A DNA stretch of 64,000 nt, taken from positions 558,001 through 622,000 of the forward strand of contig NW_027142279.1 in assembly GCF_036365525.1 (NCBI RefSeq), written 5' to 3'. The notes under the pieces are model-generated. The model was not told the DNA's origin. It made no database searches and worked only from the letters and a program-made list of their open reading frames with translations. Positions within the stretch are counted from its first letter, which is position 1, and each line of letters starts with the position of its first letter. This stretch comes from Heterodontus francisci. Its lineage: Eukaryota. Position numbers and translations under genes: made by a program. This document shows positions 38,298 through 50,875 of the stretch, piece after piece.

Positions 38298-39286
38298 ACA
38301 CTTGTGCTCTTCTGAACTCGCTGTCAGGAGGCAGGTGTCCCAGAGATGAAGTTATCTGGAGAGGGATCTCGCCTTTCAACAGTGTGAAACAGCGGTCAGA
38401 TGGTTAAGGGTTCCGAGCTGAGTTAGTTCCTGTTCATTGGGGGGTTGTTCGCCTCTGTGTAGTGAAGGTTAGAGGGAGATTAACAAGACTGGTACCAGGG
38501 ATGAGGGAGCTCAATTACTGTGGAGAGACTGGAGAAGCTGGGGGTTTCTCTCCTGAGAGCAGAGAAGGTTAATGGTAGATGTGATACAGATATTGAAGAT
38601 GATAAAAGATTTTGATAGATAATTGATGACAAACCACATCATCTACTGGTCAATGTATAGAAAATCCCGGAAAAGATGGTCATTCATTATATTGGTGCAG
38701 CATGTTTAATTAGTTCATACAAAGTGTAATCACCCAAAGATAGAGTTGGATAGATAGAGAGACAGAGAGATAGATCACCAGGGAGAGAGATAGATTGATA
38801 TCGAGAGAGGTAGAGAAATAGAGAGTTGGAGGGAAAGTCAGACAGGTAGAGAAATAGCGAGCTGCATGGAGAGACAGTCACTGCTCCTGTAAAAGACAGG
38901 AATGTTAATTCGCATTCTACCATTTTACGCCAGCTTTGCAGCCAGTGGTAGAGTGGGGAATAGAGAGAGGGAGCGAGAGAGATGGAGAGAGTGGGATGGA
39001 GAGAGAGGGATGGAGACAGAGGGATGGTTAGAGAGGAATGGAGACAGAGGGATGGAGAGAGGGAGCGACAGAAAGTTATTGATAAGTCATGAACTCATTG
39101 AAGGGCGGAGTGTTTTCGAGGTGATGAATGTTCTCCTTGTGTTCCCAGGTCACTGTTAAAGTGTGTTCCAGACTCTGATGGAGAGAGGAGGAGATCAGTA
39201 AACAGGGTACTTCTGGGAATGAAAGGGAGACAGGGAGAGTAAAGGAAAGTTATTAACGATAATCTTTGTATTTCACACTCACTTAC

Positions 39287-39323
39287 AATGAAACAGGATT
39301 ATCAGAACCAGTAACTGATGCAT
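39287..39323 (-). pseudogene. TRBV: Orphan family A V leader exon (V10); V exon absent
   Basis: MHQLLVLIILFH + GTAAGT donor; promoter and intron match V1/V14 until about 39177, then unrelated sequence. Confidence 0.85.
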
Positions 39324-40403
39324 CTTTCACATCGACCTGTTCCCTTAATAGACACAGGAGTGAGATCAGGAGCTTCGAGTCTTGTGAGGGTCCAAATTCA
39401 CTCTTTACAAATCATTGGGAGCAACATGAAGAACGTCAGGAAGTGATACAATGTTGGAGACGCCCATTCCCCAGGTCAACAAATAACAATCGAATTCGTT
39501 GCCAATCTCCTTCTCTCTCTCCATATATATATATATATATACGTATATCTTTTTACCTTCAGCTCTTTTGCTCTCTCTTCCTGTGTCTGTCACCTCATGT
39601 GTCAAGGGTTCTGTCTTCCACTCTCTCCTACTCTCTCTCGCTATCTCAGTCTATTTTTACTCTCTTTCTCTCTCTGTCTTTCTCTCTCTCTCATCGTGTA
39701 TCCAGGGTTCTGTCTCCCACTCTCTCCTTCTTTCTGACTCTCCCTTTCTCTTACTCTTGCTTTCTCTTTAGTTCTTTCCCTGTCTCTGTCTCTCTCTAGA
39801 TCTATCTCCCTAGATGTCGCAGGCTCTTTGTCTCAGTCTCTCTTTCTCTCCTTCTCTCTCTCAGTGTCGCACTCTCTCTCTCTCTCTTGCTGTCTCGCTG
39901 TCTTTGCCTCGATTTCTGTCTCCCTCTCTATCTCAGTCTCTTTAACTCTATCTGTCGTTTTCTCTCTCTCTCACCAGATCTCTCTGTCACACGCTCTTTC
40001 TCTCTCTATCGAAGTAGGTGTCCTTGTCCTGTTGATGTGTATCAAGCTGGATCTACATGGATCTCCTGCTCTTTCAGTTTTCTCACTGAATCCTTCTCAA
40101 AGCCATTGTCCGTTCCATGGTCCTGGATCCCCCTCTGCTGTCCCTGTGGAGAAGGTAAACACAGGGTCAGTGCATAAAAACCCAGATTATTGTCATTGAT
40201 TCCTGATAGTTACATTCTGAGATCTCGTGACATCTTTATTAATCGTTCATTGCACCCTCGGCAGTACCTGTAAATCTAGTGTGTCACTACAACCATAACT
40301 CAACTCTTTTTATTGTAACAAACACTTTCACTCTGCATAAGGGAACAGGAGGTCGAGGCACCGAACGATATTATCCTCCACAGGTGCTTCCTGCTGCCTT
40401 TGG

Positions 40404-40442
40404 GGTTTTTGTTGAACTGCTCCATCTCTCTGAGTCACTGTG
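40404..40442 (-). promoter_or_regulatory. 23-RSS of V11
   Basis: CACAGTG-23 bp-ACAAAAACC (consensus). Confidence 0.9.
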
Positions 40443-40964
40443 AAGACTCCAGGCACAGACATACAAGGCCGAGTGATTCTCCTACAGGCTGGAGGACTCC
40501 AGGTTGAACTTGGAGTTACTCGGTCTCTCAGCAGTGAAACTCTCCACCTAACGTTCTGAGTTCACCCTTTGTGCAGTTAGGGAGTAAAACATCAGCTGCG
40601 GCTCCTTCCCCGAGTATTGTCTGTACCAGTACATGTAAGGGTTACTGGTACCATCCACGGTGCATTTCAGCTTCACCTGCTCCCCAGAAAAGTTGGCAAC
40701 AGTGGCGGGAGTCTGGTTTATAGTCTGTGAGTTCACATCTCGGAAAGAGACAGGGAGAGGAGGAGATCAGTAAACAGACAACTTCAGTCCAGTGGGGAGA
40801 AAGAGGAGAGAGAGAGAAAATCAGTCCAGTAGGGAGAGAGAAAGAGAGAGAAGGAGAGAACGAAATAAATAAAAACATATCCTAAAGAAATGTTTAGCGG
40901 AATTATTGTTTCAATAAAATTCCTTACGGTGAAACAGGGTGATCAGAGTCAGTAACAGATACAT
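40443..40964 (-). pseudogene. TRBV: TCR beta-type V pseudogene V11 (family A)
   Basis: Leader 40964-40928, V exon 40738-40443 with in-frame TAG at 40550-40548 and 40484-40482; ends VCAWSL. Confidence 0.9.
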
Positions 40965-41131
40965 CTTTTCCTTTAAGCTGCCCTCTGAATCTGCAAAGGG
41001 GAGAGAGCAGGCGTGATGAGTGTTGTTAATAACCAACCCACTCTTTACAAATCATTGGGAGGAACAGGGAGAGCATTAGGAAGTGATCAACTCATCAACA
41101 AATGAGAATCGAGTTGGTTGCCAATGTCCCA

Positions 41132-41167
<36 letters not shown>

Positions 41168-41708
41168 GTCTCTTACCTGCGCTGTTTTTTTCTTTCGCTC
41201 TGTCTCTGTCTCACATTCTCTACCTCCCTATAGGTTTCAGTCTCTTTATCTCAGTCTCTCTCTCTCGCACACACACTAGGTCTCTCTCTCTCTCAGTCTC
41301 TCTCTTTGTCTCTCCCTCTATCTCTCTTTCTCTCTAAGGAGGTGGGTGTCCTTCTCTTGGTCATGTATATCAACCTGGAGGACTGTATGATCTCCCACTA
41401 TTTCAGTTTTCCTATTAACTCTTTCTCAAAGCCATTGTGCATCACATGGTCCTCGAGCGTCCTCAGCTGTCCCCATAGTGAAAATATACACAGTGTCAGT
41501 CTATAACTGCCCCACTCCTTTCATTGTTATTCTTCGCTGACAGTTACTATCCTGAGATCACGGATATTCTAATTCAATGAGCTGGAAGATGAATGGGCAC
41601 GAATACAAAGCTGTGCATGTGTGTGTGTGTGTTTTTCACTCGCTCTGTCTTTAGTTCACTGCCCCTCTCTGTTTTACTGCTCTTTGTCTTTCTGTCCCTC
41701 TCTCTTTC

Positions 41709-41742
<34 letters not shown>

Positions 41743-42436
41743 TGTCTGTCTGTCTGTCTGCCAATATGTCTCAGTCTCTTCATCTGTGTTTTCTTTTTTT
41801 TTTCTCAGTCTCTGTCGCTCGGTCTTTCTTGTTTTCTCTCTCAGTTCTCTGGATCTTTGTTCTCTCTTTCTATCGCTCTCACTCTCTCTCAACCTTTCTT
41901 GGTCCCTTTCTCTGTCCTCCTCTCTGTCACCGTCTCTGTCTCCCTCTCTGTCCTCTTCTCTGTTTCAGTTTCTTGGTCTCATTCTCTCAGTATCATTCTC
42001 TCTTTCTCTCAGACTTTTTCTCTCAGTCTCTCTGTCTCAGTCTCTCTGTTCCCCTCTCTGTCTCAGTCTCTCTGTCTCAGTCTCTCTGTCTCAGTCTCTC
42101 TTTTTCAGTCTGTTGTCTCTGTCAGTTTTCCTCTAAATCTCGTTCTGACCCTCTCTCACACTCGGTCTCCCTCTCTTTGTCTCTCTCACTGTGTGTGTGT
42201 ATATCCCTCTCTAAGGTGATGAATGTCCTTCTCCTGTCCATGTGTCTGAAGCTGGAGGGCTGGATGACCTCTGCCTCTTTCTGTTTTCCTATTAAATGTT
42301 TTGCAGGCCATTGTGTATTCATGGTCCTGGAGCACCCTCCGTTAACAATATAGAGGAAGAAAACTCAGTGTCAGTGCAGTAAAACTCAGTCGTTTTATAG
42401 TTAATTCTTCCTGATAGTTACAACCTCAGATCTGGT

Positions 42437-45310
42437 TTAATGCAAGAAGTGTAGTAGGTAAGGCAGATGAACTTAGGGCTTGGATTAGTACCTGGGAGTA
42501 TGATGTTATTGCTATTACTGAGACCTGGTTGAGGGAAGGGCATGATTGGCAACTAAATATCCCAGGATATCGATGCTTCAGGCAGGATAGAGAGGGAGGT
42601 AAAAGGGGTGGAGGAGTTGCATTACTGGTCAAAGAGGATATCACAGCTGTGCTGAAGGAGGGCACTATGGAGGACTCGAGCAGTGAGGCAATATGGACAG
42701 AACTCAGAAATAGGAAGGGTGCGGTAACAATGTTGGGGCTGTACTACAGGCCTCCCAACAGCGAGCGTGAGATAGAGGTACAAATATGTAAACAGATTAT
42801 GGAAAGATGTAGGAGCAACAGGGTGGTGGTGATAGGAGATTTTAATTTTCCCAACATTGACTGGGATTCACTTAGTGTTAGAGGTCTAGATGGAGCAGAA
42901 TTTGTAAGGAGCATCCAGGAGGGTTTTCTGGAGCAGTATGTAAATAGTCCAACTCGGGAAGGGGCCATACTGGACCTGGTGTTGGGGAATGAGCCCGGCC
43001 AGGTGGTTGAAGTTTCAGTAGGGGACTACTTTGGGAATAGTGATCACAATTCCGTAAGCTTTAAAATACTCATGGACAAAGACGAGAGTGGTCCAAAAGG
43101 GAGAGTGCTAAATTGGGGGAAGGCCAACTACACCAAAATTCGGCAGGAGCTGGGAAATGTAGATTGGGAGCAGCTGTTTGAAGGTAAATCCACATGTGAT
43201 ATGTGGGAGGCTTTTAAAGAGAGGTTGATTAGCGTGCAGGAGAGACATGTTCCTGTGAAAATGAGGGATAGAAATGGCAAGATTAGGGAACCATGGATGA
43301 CAGGTGAAATTGTGAGACTAGCTAAGAGGGAAAAGGAAGCATACATAAGGTCTAGGCGGCTGATGAAAGACGAAGCTTTGAAAGAATATCGGGAATGTAG
43401 GACCAATCTGAAACGAGGAATTAAGAGGGCTAAAAGGGGTCATGAAATATCTTTAGCAAACAGGGTTAAGGAAAATCCCAAAGCCTTTTATTCATATATA
43501 AGGAGAAAGAGGGTAACTAGAGAAAGGATTGGCCCACTAAAGGACAAAGGAGGAATGTTATGCTTGGACTCAGAGAAAATGGGTGAGATTCTAAACGAGT
43601 ACTTTGCATCGGTATTCACCGAGGAGAGGGACATGACGGATGTTGAGGTTAGGAACAGATGTTTGATTACTCTAGGTCAAGTCGGCATAAGGAGGGAGGA
43701 AGTGTTGGGTATTCTAAAGGACATTAAGGTGGACAAGTCCCCAGGTCCGGATGGGATCTATCCCAGGTTACTGAGGGAAGCGAGAGAGGAAATAGCTGGG
43801 GCCTTAACAGATATCTTTGCAGCATCCTTAAACACGGGTGAGGTCCCGGAGGACTGGAGAATTGCTAATGTTGTCCCCTTGTTTAAGAAGGGTAGCAGGG
43901 ATAATCCAGGTAATTATAGACCGGTGAGCCTGACGTCAGTGGTAGGGAAGCTGCTGGAGAAGATACTGAGGGATAGGATCTATTCCCATTTGGAAGAAAA
44001 TGGGCTCATCAGTGATAGGCAACATGGTTTTGTGCAGGGAAGGTCATGTCTTACCAACTTAATAGAATTCTTTGAGGAAGTGACAAAGTTGATTGATGAG
44101 GGAAGGGCTGTCGATGTCATATACATGGACTTCAGTAAGGCGTTTGATAAGGTTCCCCATGGCAGGCTGATGGAGAAAGTGAAGGCGCTTGGGGTCCAAG
44201 GTGTACTAGCTAGATGGATAAAGAACTGGCTGGGCAACAGGAGACAGAGAGTAGCAGTAGAAGGGAGTTTCTCAAAATGGAGACGTGTGACCAGTGGTGT
44301 TCCACAGGGATCCGTGCTGGGACCACTGTTGTTTGTGATATACATTAATGATTTGGAGGAAAGTATAGGTGGACTGATTAGAAAATTTGCAGACGACACT
44401 AAGATTGGTGGAGTAGCAGATAGTGAAGGGGACTGTCAGAGAATACAGCAGAATATAGATAGATTGGAGGCTTGGGCAGAGAAATGGCAGATGGAGTTCA
44501 ATCAGGGCAAATGCGAGGTGATGCATTTTGGAAGATCCAATTCAAGAGTGAACTATACAGTAAATGGAAAAGTCCTGGGGAAAATTGATGTCCAGAGAGA
44601 TTTGGGTGTTCAGGTCCACTGTTCCCTGAAGGTGGCAACGCAGGTAAATAGAGTGGTCAAGAAGGCATACGGCATGCTTTCCTTCATCGGACGGGGCATT
44701 GAGTACAAGAGTTGGCAGGTCATGTTACAGTTGTCTAGGACTTTGGTTCGGCCACATTTGGAATACTGCGTACAGTTCTGGTCGCCACATTATCAAAAGG
44801 ATGTGGATGCTTTGGAAAGGGTGCAGAGGAGGTTCACCAGGATGTTGCCTGGTATGGAGGGCGCTAGCTATGAAGAGAGGTTGAGCAGATTAGGATTATT
44901 TTCATTAGAAAGACGGAGGTTGAGGGGGGACCTGATTGAGGTGTACAAAATCATGAGAGGTATAGACAGGGTGGATAGCAAGAGGCTTTTTCCCAGAGTG
45001 GGGGTTTCAATTACTAGAGGACACGAGTTCAAAGTGAAAGGGGAAAAGTTTAGGGGGGATATGCGTGGAAAGTTCTTTACGCAGAGGGTGGTGGGCACCT
45101 GGAACGCATTGCCAGCGGAGGTGGTAGATGCGGGCACGATGGAGTCTTTTAAGATGTATCTAGACAGATACATGAATGGGCAGGAAGAAAAGAGATACAG
45201 AACCTTAGAAAATAGGCGACATGTTTAGAGAGAGGATCTGGATCGGCGCAGGCTTGGAGGGCCGAAGGGCCTGTTCCTGTGCTGTAATTATCTTTGTTCT
45301 TTTTGTTCTT
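42437..45310 (+). mobile_element. Young 5'-truncated CR1 LINE with uninterrupted ORF2 (APE endonuclease + RT)
   Basis: Frame open from about 42436 (FNARS..ITETW) to 45228 with GDFN, SDH and KFADDTK motifs; 3' hairpin and TTGTTCT tail; TGGT target duplication at 42433-42436 and 45311-45314. Confidence 0.97.
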
Positions 45311-45487
45311 TGGTGTTATTCTTGTTAATTGTTCTTTGCGCATTCTCCATTACCTGTATATCTAATCTCTCACTACCACTCAAACCCATCTCTTCTTGTT
45401 ATCATAAACACTTTCTCTCTGCAAAACGAAAGAAGTTAGAGGCTCCGAGCAGTTTTATCCTCCACAGGTGTTTCCTGCTGCCTTTGG

Positions 45488-45526
45488 TGTTGTTGATGAA
45501 CTGCTCCATCTCTCTGAGTCACTGTG
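45488..45526 (-). promoter_or_regulatory. 23-RSS of V12, degenerate nonamer
   Basis: CACAGTG-23 bp-TCAACAACA. Confidence 0.85.
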
Positions 45527-46008
45527 AAGACTCCAGGCACAGAAATACATGGCCCAGTGATCCTCCCGGAGGCTGGAGGACTCCAGGTTGAAGTCGGAGT
45601 TGCTCGGTCTCTCGGCGGTGAAACCCTCCAACGCCTCCTCCGGATTTATGTGATTAGTATCCGTGGAATAAAACATAAACTAGTCTCCTTCCCCGGGTAT
45701 TGTCTGTACCAGAACATCTCAGGGTTACTGCTGCCCTGCACAGTGCATTTCAGCTTCACCTTCTCCCCAGAATATTTGGAGACAGCGGCGGGAGTCTGGT
45801 GGATAGTCTGTGAGTTCACATCTGGGAAAGAGACAGGGAGAGGAGGAGATCAATAAACAGGAACATTCAGTCAGTGGGGGAGAGAGAAAGAGAGAAAGAG
45901 AGAGAGAAATAAATAAAAACATAACCTCCAGAAATGTGAAGTAGAATTATTGTTTCAATAAAGTCCCTTACGGTGAATCAGAGTGATCAGAGTCAGTAAC
46001 AGATACAT
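45527..46008 (-). pseudogene. TRBV: TCR beta-type V pseudogene V12 (family A)
   Basis: Leader 46008-45972, V exon 45821-45527; 1-nt deletion near 45683 after WYRQYPGKE; ends YFCAWSL in shifted frame. Confidence 0.9.
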
Positions 46009-46178
46009 CTTTTACTTGAAATTGCCCTCTGAATCAGTAAAGGGGAGGGAGCAGGAGTGATTAGTGTTGTCAACAACCAACCCACTCTTTACAAATCATT
46101 GGGAGGAACAGGGAGAGCATTAGGAAGTGATGCAGAGATGGTGACATTCATTTCCCACATCAACAAATGAGAATCGAG

Positions 46179-46354
46179 NNNNNNNNNNNNNNNNNNNNNN
46201 NNNNNNNNNNNNNNNNNNNNNNNNNNNNNNNNNNNNNNNNNNNNNNNNNNNNNNNNNNNNNNNNNNNNNNNNNNNNNNNNNNNNNNNNNNNNNNNNNNNN
46301 NNNNNNNNNNNNNNNNNNNNNNNNNNNNNNNNNNNNNNNNNNNNNNNNNNNNNN
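46179..46354. other. Assembly gap
   Basis: Run of N. Confidence 0.99.
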
Positions 46355-48300
46355 ATCTCTCTCTCTCAATCTCTTTGTGTCAACCTCTCTGTCTCTGACT
46401 CTTTGTTTCAGTCTCTCTCTTTCTCAGTCTCTCTGTCTCAGTCTCTTTGTCTCAGTCTCTCTCTCAGTCTCTCTCTCTCTCTCATTATCTCTCTCTCAGT
46501 CTCCCTCTCGCAGACTCTCCCTCTCTCAGACTCTCTGTCTCAGTCTCTTTGTCTGAGTCTCTCTGTCTCAGAGTCTCTGTCTCAGTCTCTCTCTCATAGT
46601 CTCTCTCTCACAGTCTCTTTGACTCAGTCTTTTTGTCTCAGTCTCCCTCTCTCTCTCTCAGTATCTCTCTCTCAGTCTCTTTGTCTCAGTCTCTCTCAGT
46701 CTCTCTCTCTCTCTCTCAAGTCTCTCTCTCAGTCTCTCTCTCAGTCTCTCTCTCACAGTCTCTTCGTCTCAATCTCTCTGTCTCAATCTCTTTGTGTCAG
46801 ACTCTCCATCTCTGACTCTTTGTCTCAGTCTCTCTCTCACTCAGTCTCTCTGACTCAGTCTCTCTCTTTCAGTCTCCCTCTCTCCTTTTCTCAGAGTCTC
46901 TGTCTCAGTCTCTCTCTTTCAGTCTCCCATTCTCCTTCTCTCAGACTCTCTGTCTCAGTCTCTTTGTCCCAGGCTCTCTTGCACAGTTTCTTTTTCTCAG
47001 TCTCTTTGTCTCAGTCTCTCTCTCTCTCTCTCTCAAGTCTCTCTCTCAGTCTCTATCTCACAGTCTCTTCGTCTCAATCTCTCTGTCTCAATCTCTTTAT
47101 GTCAGCCTCTCCATCTCTGACTCTTTGTCTCAGTCTCTCTCTCTCTCAGCCTCTCTGTCTCAGTCTCTCTCTTTCAGTCTCCCTCTCTCCTTTTCTCAGA
47201 GTCTCTGTCTCAGTCTCTCTCTTTCAGTCTCCCATTCTCCTTCTCTCAGACTCTCTGTCTCAGTCTCTTTGTCCCAGGCTCTCTTGCACAGTTTCTTTTT
47301 CTCAGTCTCTTTGTCTCAGTCTCTCTCTCTCAGTATCTCTCTCTCAGTCTCTTTGTCTCATTCTCTTTGTCATGCTCTTTGTCTCAGTCTCTCTCTCTCT
47401 CAGCCTCTCTCTCTCAGTCTCTCTCTCTCTCAGTCTCTCTCTCTCAGTCTCTCTGTCTCAGTCTCTCTCTGTCTCAGTCTCTCTCTCTCAGTCTCTCTGT
47501 CTCAGTCTCTCTCTGTCTCAGTCTCAGTCTCTCTCTCTCAGCCTCTCTCTCTCTCAGTCTCTTTGTGTCAGTCTCTCACTCTCAGTCTCTCTCTCTCTCT
47601 GTCTCTCTCTGTCTCTCAGTCAGACTCTCACTCCCTCTCAGTCTCTATCTCTCAGTCTCTCTCGCTCTCAGTCTCTCTCTCTCGGTCTCTCTGTTTCAGT
47701 CTCTCTCTGTCTCAGTCTCTCACTCTCAGTCTCTTTGTCTCAGTCTCTCTGTCTCAGTCTCAGTCTCTCTCTCTGTCTCTCTCTCTGTCAGACACTCTCT
47801 CCCTCTCAGTCTCTCTCTCTCTCAGTCTCTCTCTCTCAGTCTCTGTCTCAGTCTCTCTCTGTCTCAGTCTCTCTCTCTCAGTCTCTCTGTCTCAGTCTCT
47901 CTCTGTCTCAGTCTCAGTCTCTCTCTCTCAGCCTCTCTCTCTCTCAGTCTCTTTGTGTCAGTCTCTCACTCTCAGTCTCTCTCTCTCTCTGTCTCTCTCT
48001 GTCTCTCAGTCAGACTCTCACTCCCTCTCAGTCTCTATCTCTCAGTCTCTCTCGCTCTCAGTCTCTCTCTCTCTCGGTCTCTCTGTTTCAGTCTCTCTCT
48101 GTCTCAGTCTCTCACTCTCAGTCTCTCTCTCTGTCTCTCTGTCTCAGTCTCTCTCTCTCTCTCTGTCTCTCTCTCTGTCAGACACTCTCTCCCTCTGAGT
48201 CTCTATCTCTCAGTCTCTCTCACTCTCAGTCTCTCTGTCTCAGTCTCTTTATCTCTGTCAGTTTTCCTCTCAATCTCGTTCTCACCCTTTCTCTCACACT
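46355..48300. repeat. CT-rich (CTCAGTCTCT-type) low-complexity expansion
   Basis: About 2 kb of CT runs punctuated by CAGT; source of the Ser/Leu ORFs. Confidence 0.95.
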
Positions 48301-48786
48301 CGCTCTCTCTCTATCTTTGTCTCTCCCGCTATCTGTGTGTATATCCGTCTCTAAGGTGATGAATGTCTTTCTCCTGTCCACGTGGATGAAGCTCGACCAC
48401 TGTATGACCTCTGCCTCTTTCTGCTTTCCTATTAAATGCTTTCTCGTCCATTGTGTATTCATGGTCCTAGAGCACCCTCTGTTAACCCTATAGAGGAGGA
48501 AAACTCAATGTCAGTGCAGAAAAACTCAAGTCGTTTTATTGTTAATCTTTCCTGATCGTTACAACCTCAGATCTGGTGTTATCCTTGTTAATCATTCAGA
48601 GAGAGATAGAAAGTTTTACCGCACAGGTGAGTCCGTTCATTGTCACTTCGTCAGTGCCTGTACATTTATTATCTCACTTTTAGTCTCATTTGTCTTCTTA
48701 TCGTCACAAACACAATCGCCCTGCACAAAAAAAAGCGGGAACACCGTGCAATTTTATCTCCCACAGGTGTTTCCTGCTGCCTTTGG

Positions 48787-48825
48787 GGTTTTTGTTGAAC
48801 TGCTCCATCTCTCTGAGTCACTGTG
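48787..48825 (-). promoter_or_regulatory. 23-RSS of V13
   Basis: CACAGTG-23 bp-ACAAAAACC (consensus). Confidence 0.9.
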
Positions 48826-49306
48826 AAGAATCCAGGCACAGAAATACATGGCCGAGTGATCCTCCCGCAGGCTGGAGGTCTCCAGGTTGAACTCGGAGTT
48901 ACTCGGTCTCTCGGTGGTGAAACCATCCACCGCCTCCTCTGGAGATACGATATTGGCACCCGTGGAGTAAAACATAAACTGCGGTTCCTTCCCCGGGTAT
49001 TGTCAGTACCAGAACATGTTAGGGTTACTGGTGCTGCTGCCCAGCACGGTGCATTTCAGCTTCACCTGCTCCCCAGGAATTTTGGAGACAGTGGTGGGAG
49101 TCTGGCGGATAGTCTGTGAGTTCACATCTGGGAAAGAGACAGGGAGAGGAGGAGATCAGTAAACAGTAACATTCAGTCCAGTGGGGAGAGAGAAAGAGAG
49201 AGATAAATAAATAAAAGCATAACCAAAAGAAATGTTAAGTGGACTTATTGTTTCAATAAAATCCCTTACGGTGAAACAGGGTGATCAGAGTCAGTAACAG
49301 ATACAT
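48826..49306 (-). pseudogene. TRBV: TCR beta-type V pseudogene V13 (family A), single nonsense codon
   Basis: Leader 49306-49270, V exon 49127-48826; WYRQ changed to WY*Q (TGA at 49005-49003); otherwise intact to YFCAWIL. Confidence 0.9.
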
Positions 49307-50042
49307 CTTTTACTTTAAGCTGCCCTCTGAATCAGCAAAGGGGAGAAAGCAGGATTCATGAGTGTTGACAAGAACCAACCCACTCTTTACAAATCATTGG
49401 GAGGAACGGGGAGAGCATTAGGAAGTGATGCAGAGATGGTGACACTTATTTTCAAGATCAACAAATGAGAATCGAGTTGGTTGTCAATGTTCCACTTTCT
49501 CTCTCTCTCTCTCCCTTTCTCTAACTTGTGCTGTGTTTTTCTCTCTGTCTCTGTCTCTCATTCTCTGCCTCCCTGTATGTCTCAGTCTCTTTATCTCGAT
49601 CTCTCTCTCACAGATACAAACACACAAGGTCCCTTTCTCTCTTTGTCTCTCTCGCTGTGTGTCTCTCTCTCGAAGGAGGTGGGTGTCCTTCTCCTGGTCA
49701 TGCATATCAACCTGGAGGACTGTATGATCTCTCACTGTTTCAGTTTTCCTATGAACTCCTTCTCAATGCCATTGTGCATCACATGGTCCTCGAGCGTCCT
49801 CAGCTGTCCCTGTGGTGAACATATACACAGTGTCAGTCTATAACAGCCCCAGTCCTTTTATTGTTATTCTTTCCTGACAGTTACTATCCTGAGATCACGG
49901 GATATTCTGATTCAATGAGCTGGAAGATGAATGGGCACGGATACAAAGCTGTGCATGTGTGTGTGTGTGTGTTTTTCACTCGCTCTGTCTTTAGTTCACT
50001 GTCCCTGTCTGTTTTACTGCTCTCTGTCTTTCTGTCCCTCTC

Positions 50043-50113
<71 letters not shown>

Positions 50114-50836
50114 TTCTCCCAATCTGTCTCAGTCTCTTGATCCATGTTTCCTTTTTTTTCTCTCACTCGGTCTCTCGGTCTTTCTTGTTTTCTCTGTCGC
50201 TCTCTCGACCTTTCTTGATCCTCGTCTCCCTCCTCCTCTCTGCCACCCTCTCTGACCTCCTCTATGTCACCCTCTGTCCTCCTTTCTGTCCTCCTCTCTG
50301 TCCTCTTCTCTCTTTTCTCTCTCTGTCTCTGTCTCTCTGTCTCTGTCAGTTTTCCTCTCAATCTTGTTCTCTCCCTCTCTCACACATTCGGTCTCCCTCT
50401 CTTTGTCTCTCTCACTGTGTGTGTGTATATCCCTCTCTAATGTGATGAATGTCCTTCTCCTGTCCATGTGTATGAAGCTTGAGGGTTGTATGACCTCTGC
50501 CTCTTTCTGTTTTCCTATTAAATGTTTTACAGACCATTGCATATTCATGGTCCGAGAGCACCCTCTGTTAATCATATAGAGGAAGAAAACTCAGTGTCAG
50601 TGCAGTAAAACTCAAGTCGTTTTATAGTTAATTCTTCCTGATAGTTACAACCTCAGATCTGGTGTTATCCTTGTTAATTGTTCTTTACACATTCTCCACT
50701 ATCTGTATATCTAATCTCTCACTCCCACTCTAACCCATCTCTTCGTGTTATCATAAACACTTTCGCTCTGCAAAACGAAACAAGTTCGAGGCTCCGAGCA
50801 GTTTTATCCTCCACAGATTCTTCCTGCTGCCTTTGG

Positions 50837-50875
50837 TGTCTTCGATGAACTGCTCCATCTCTCTGAGTCACTGTG
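50837..50875 (-). promoter_or_regulatory. 23-RSS of V14, degenerate nonamer
   Basis: CACAGTG-23 bp-TCGAAGACA. Confidence 0.85.

Larger units (their letters stand above)
32026..38800. repeat. Tandem segmental duplication, about 2.25-2.4-kb unit carrying family C V (3 copies)
   Basis: Colinear V exon, intron minisatellite, leader and flanks at offsets of about 2246 and 2389 bp. Confidence 0.9.

Noticed and set aside
40160-40183. RSS-like CACAGGG..ATAAAAACC on the plus strand (also near 51987)
   Set aside because: Spacer is only 7 bp, incompatible with the 12/23 rule
46403-48493. 696-aa Ser/Leu ORF and similar SL- or ER-rich ORFs (5.5-6.4, 41.6-42.3, 49.8-50.5, 56.3-57.0 kb)
   Set aside because: Translations of CT/AG low-complexity tracts that lack stop codons by composition
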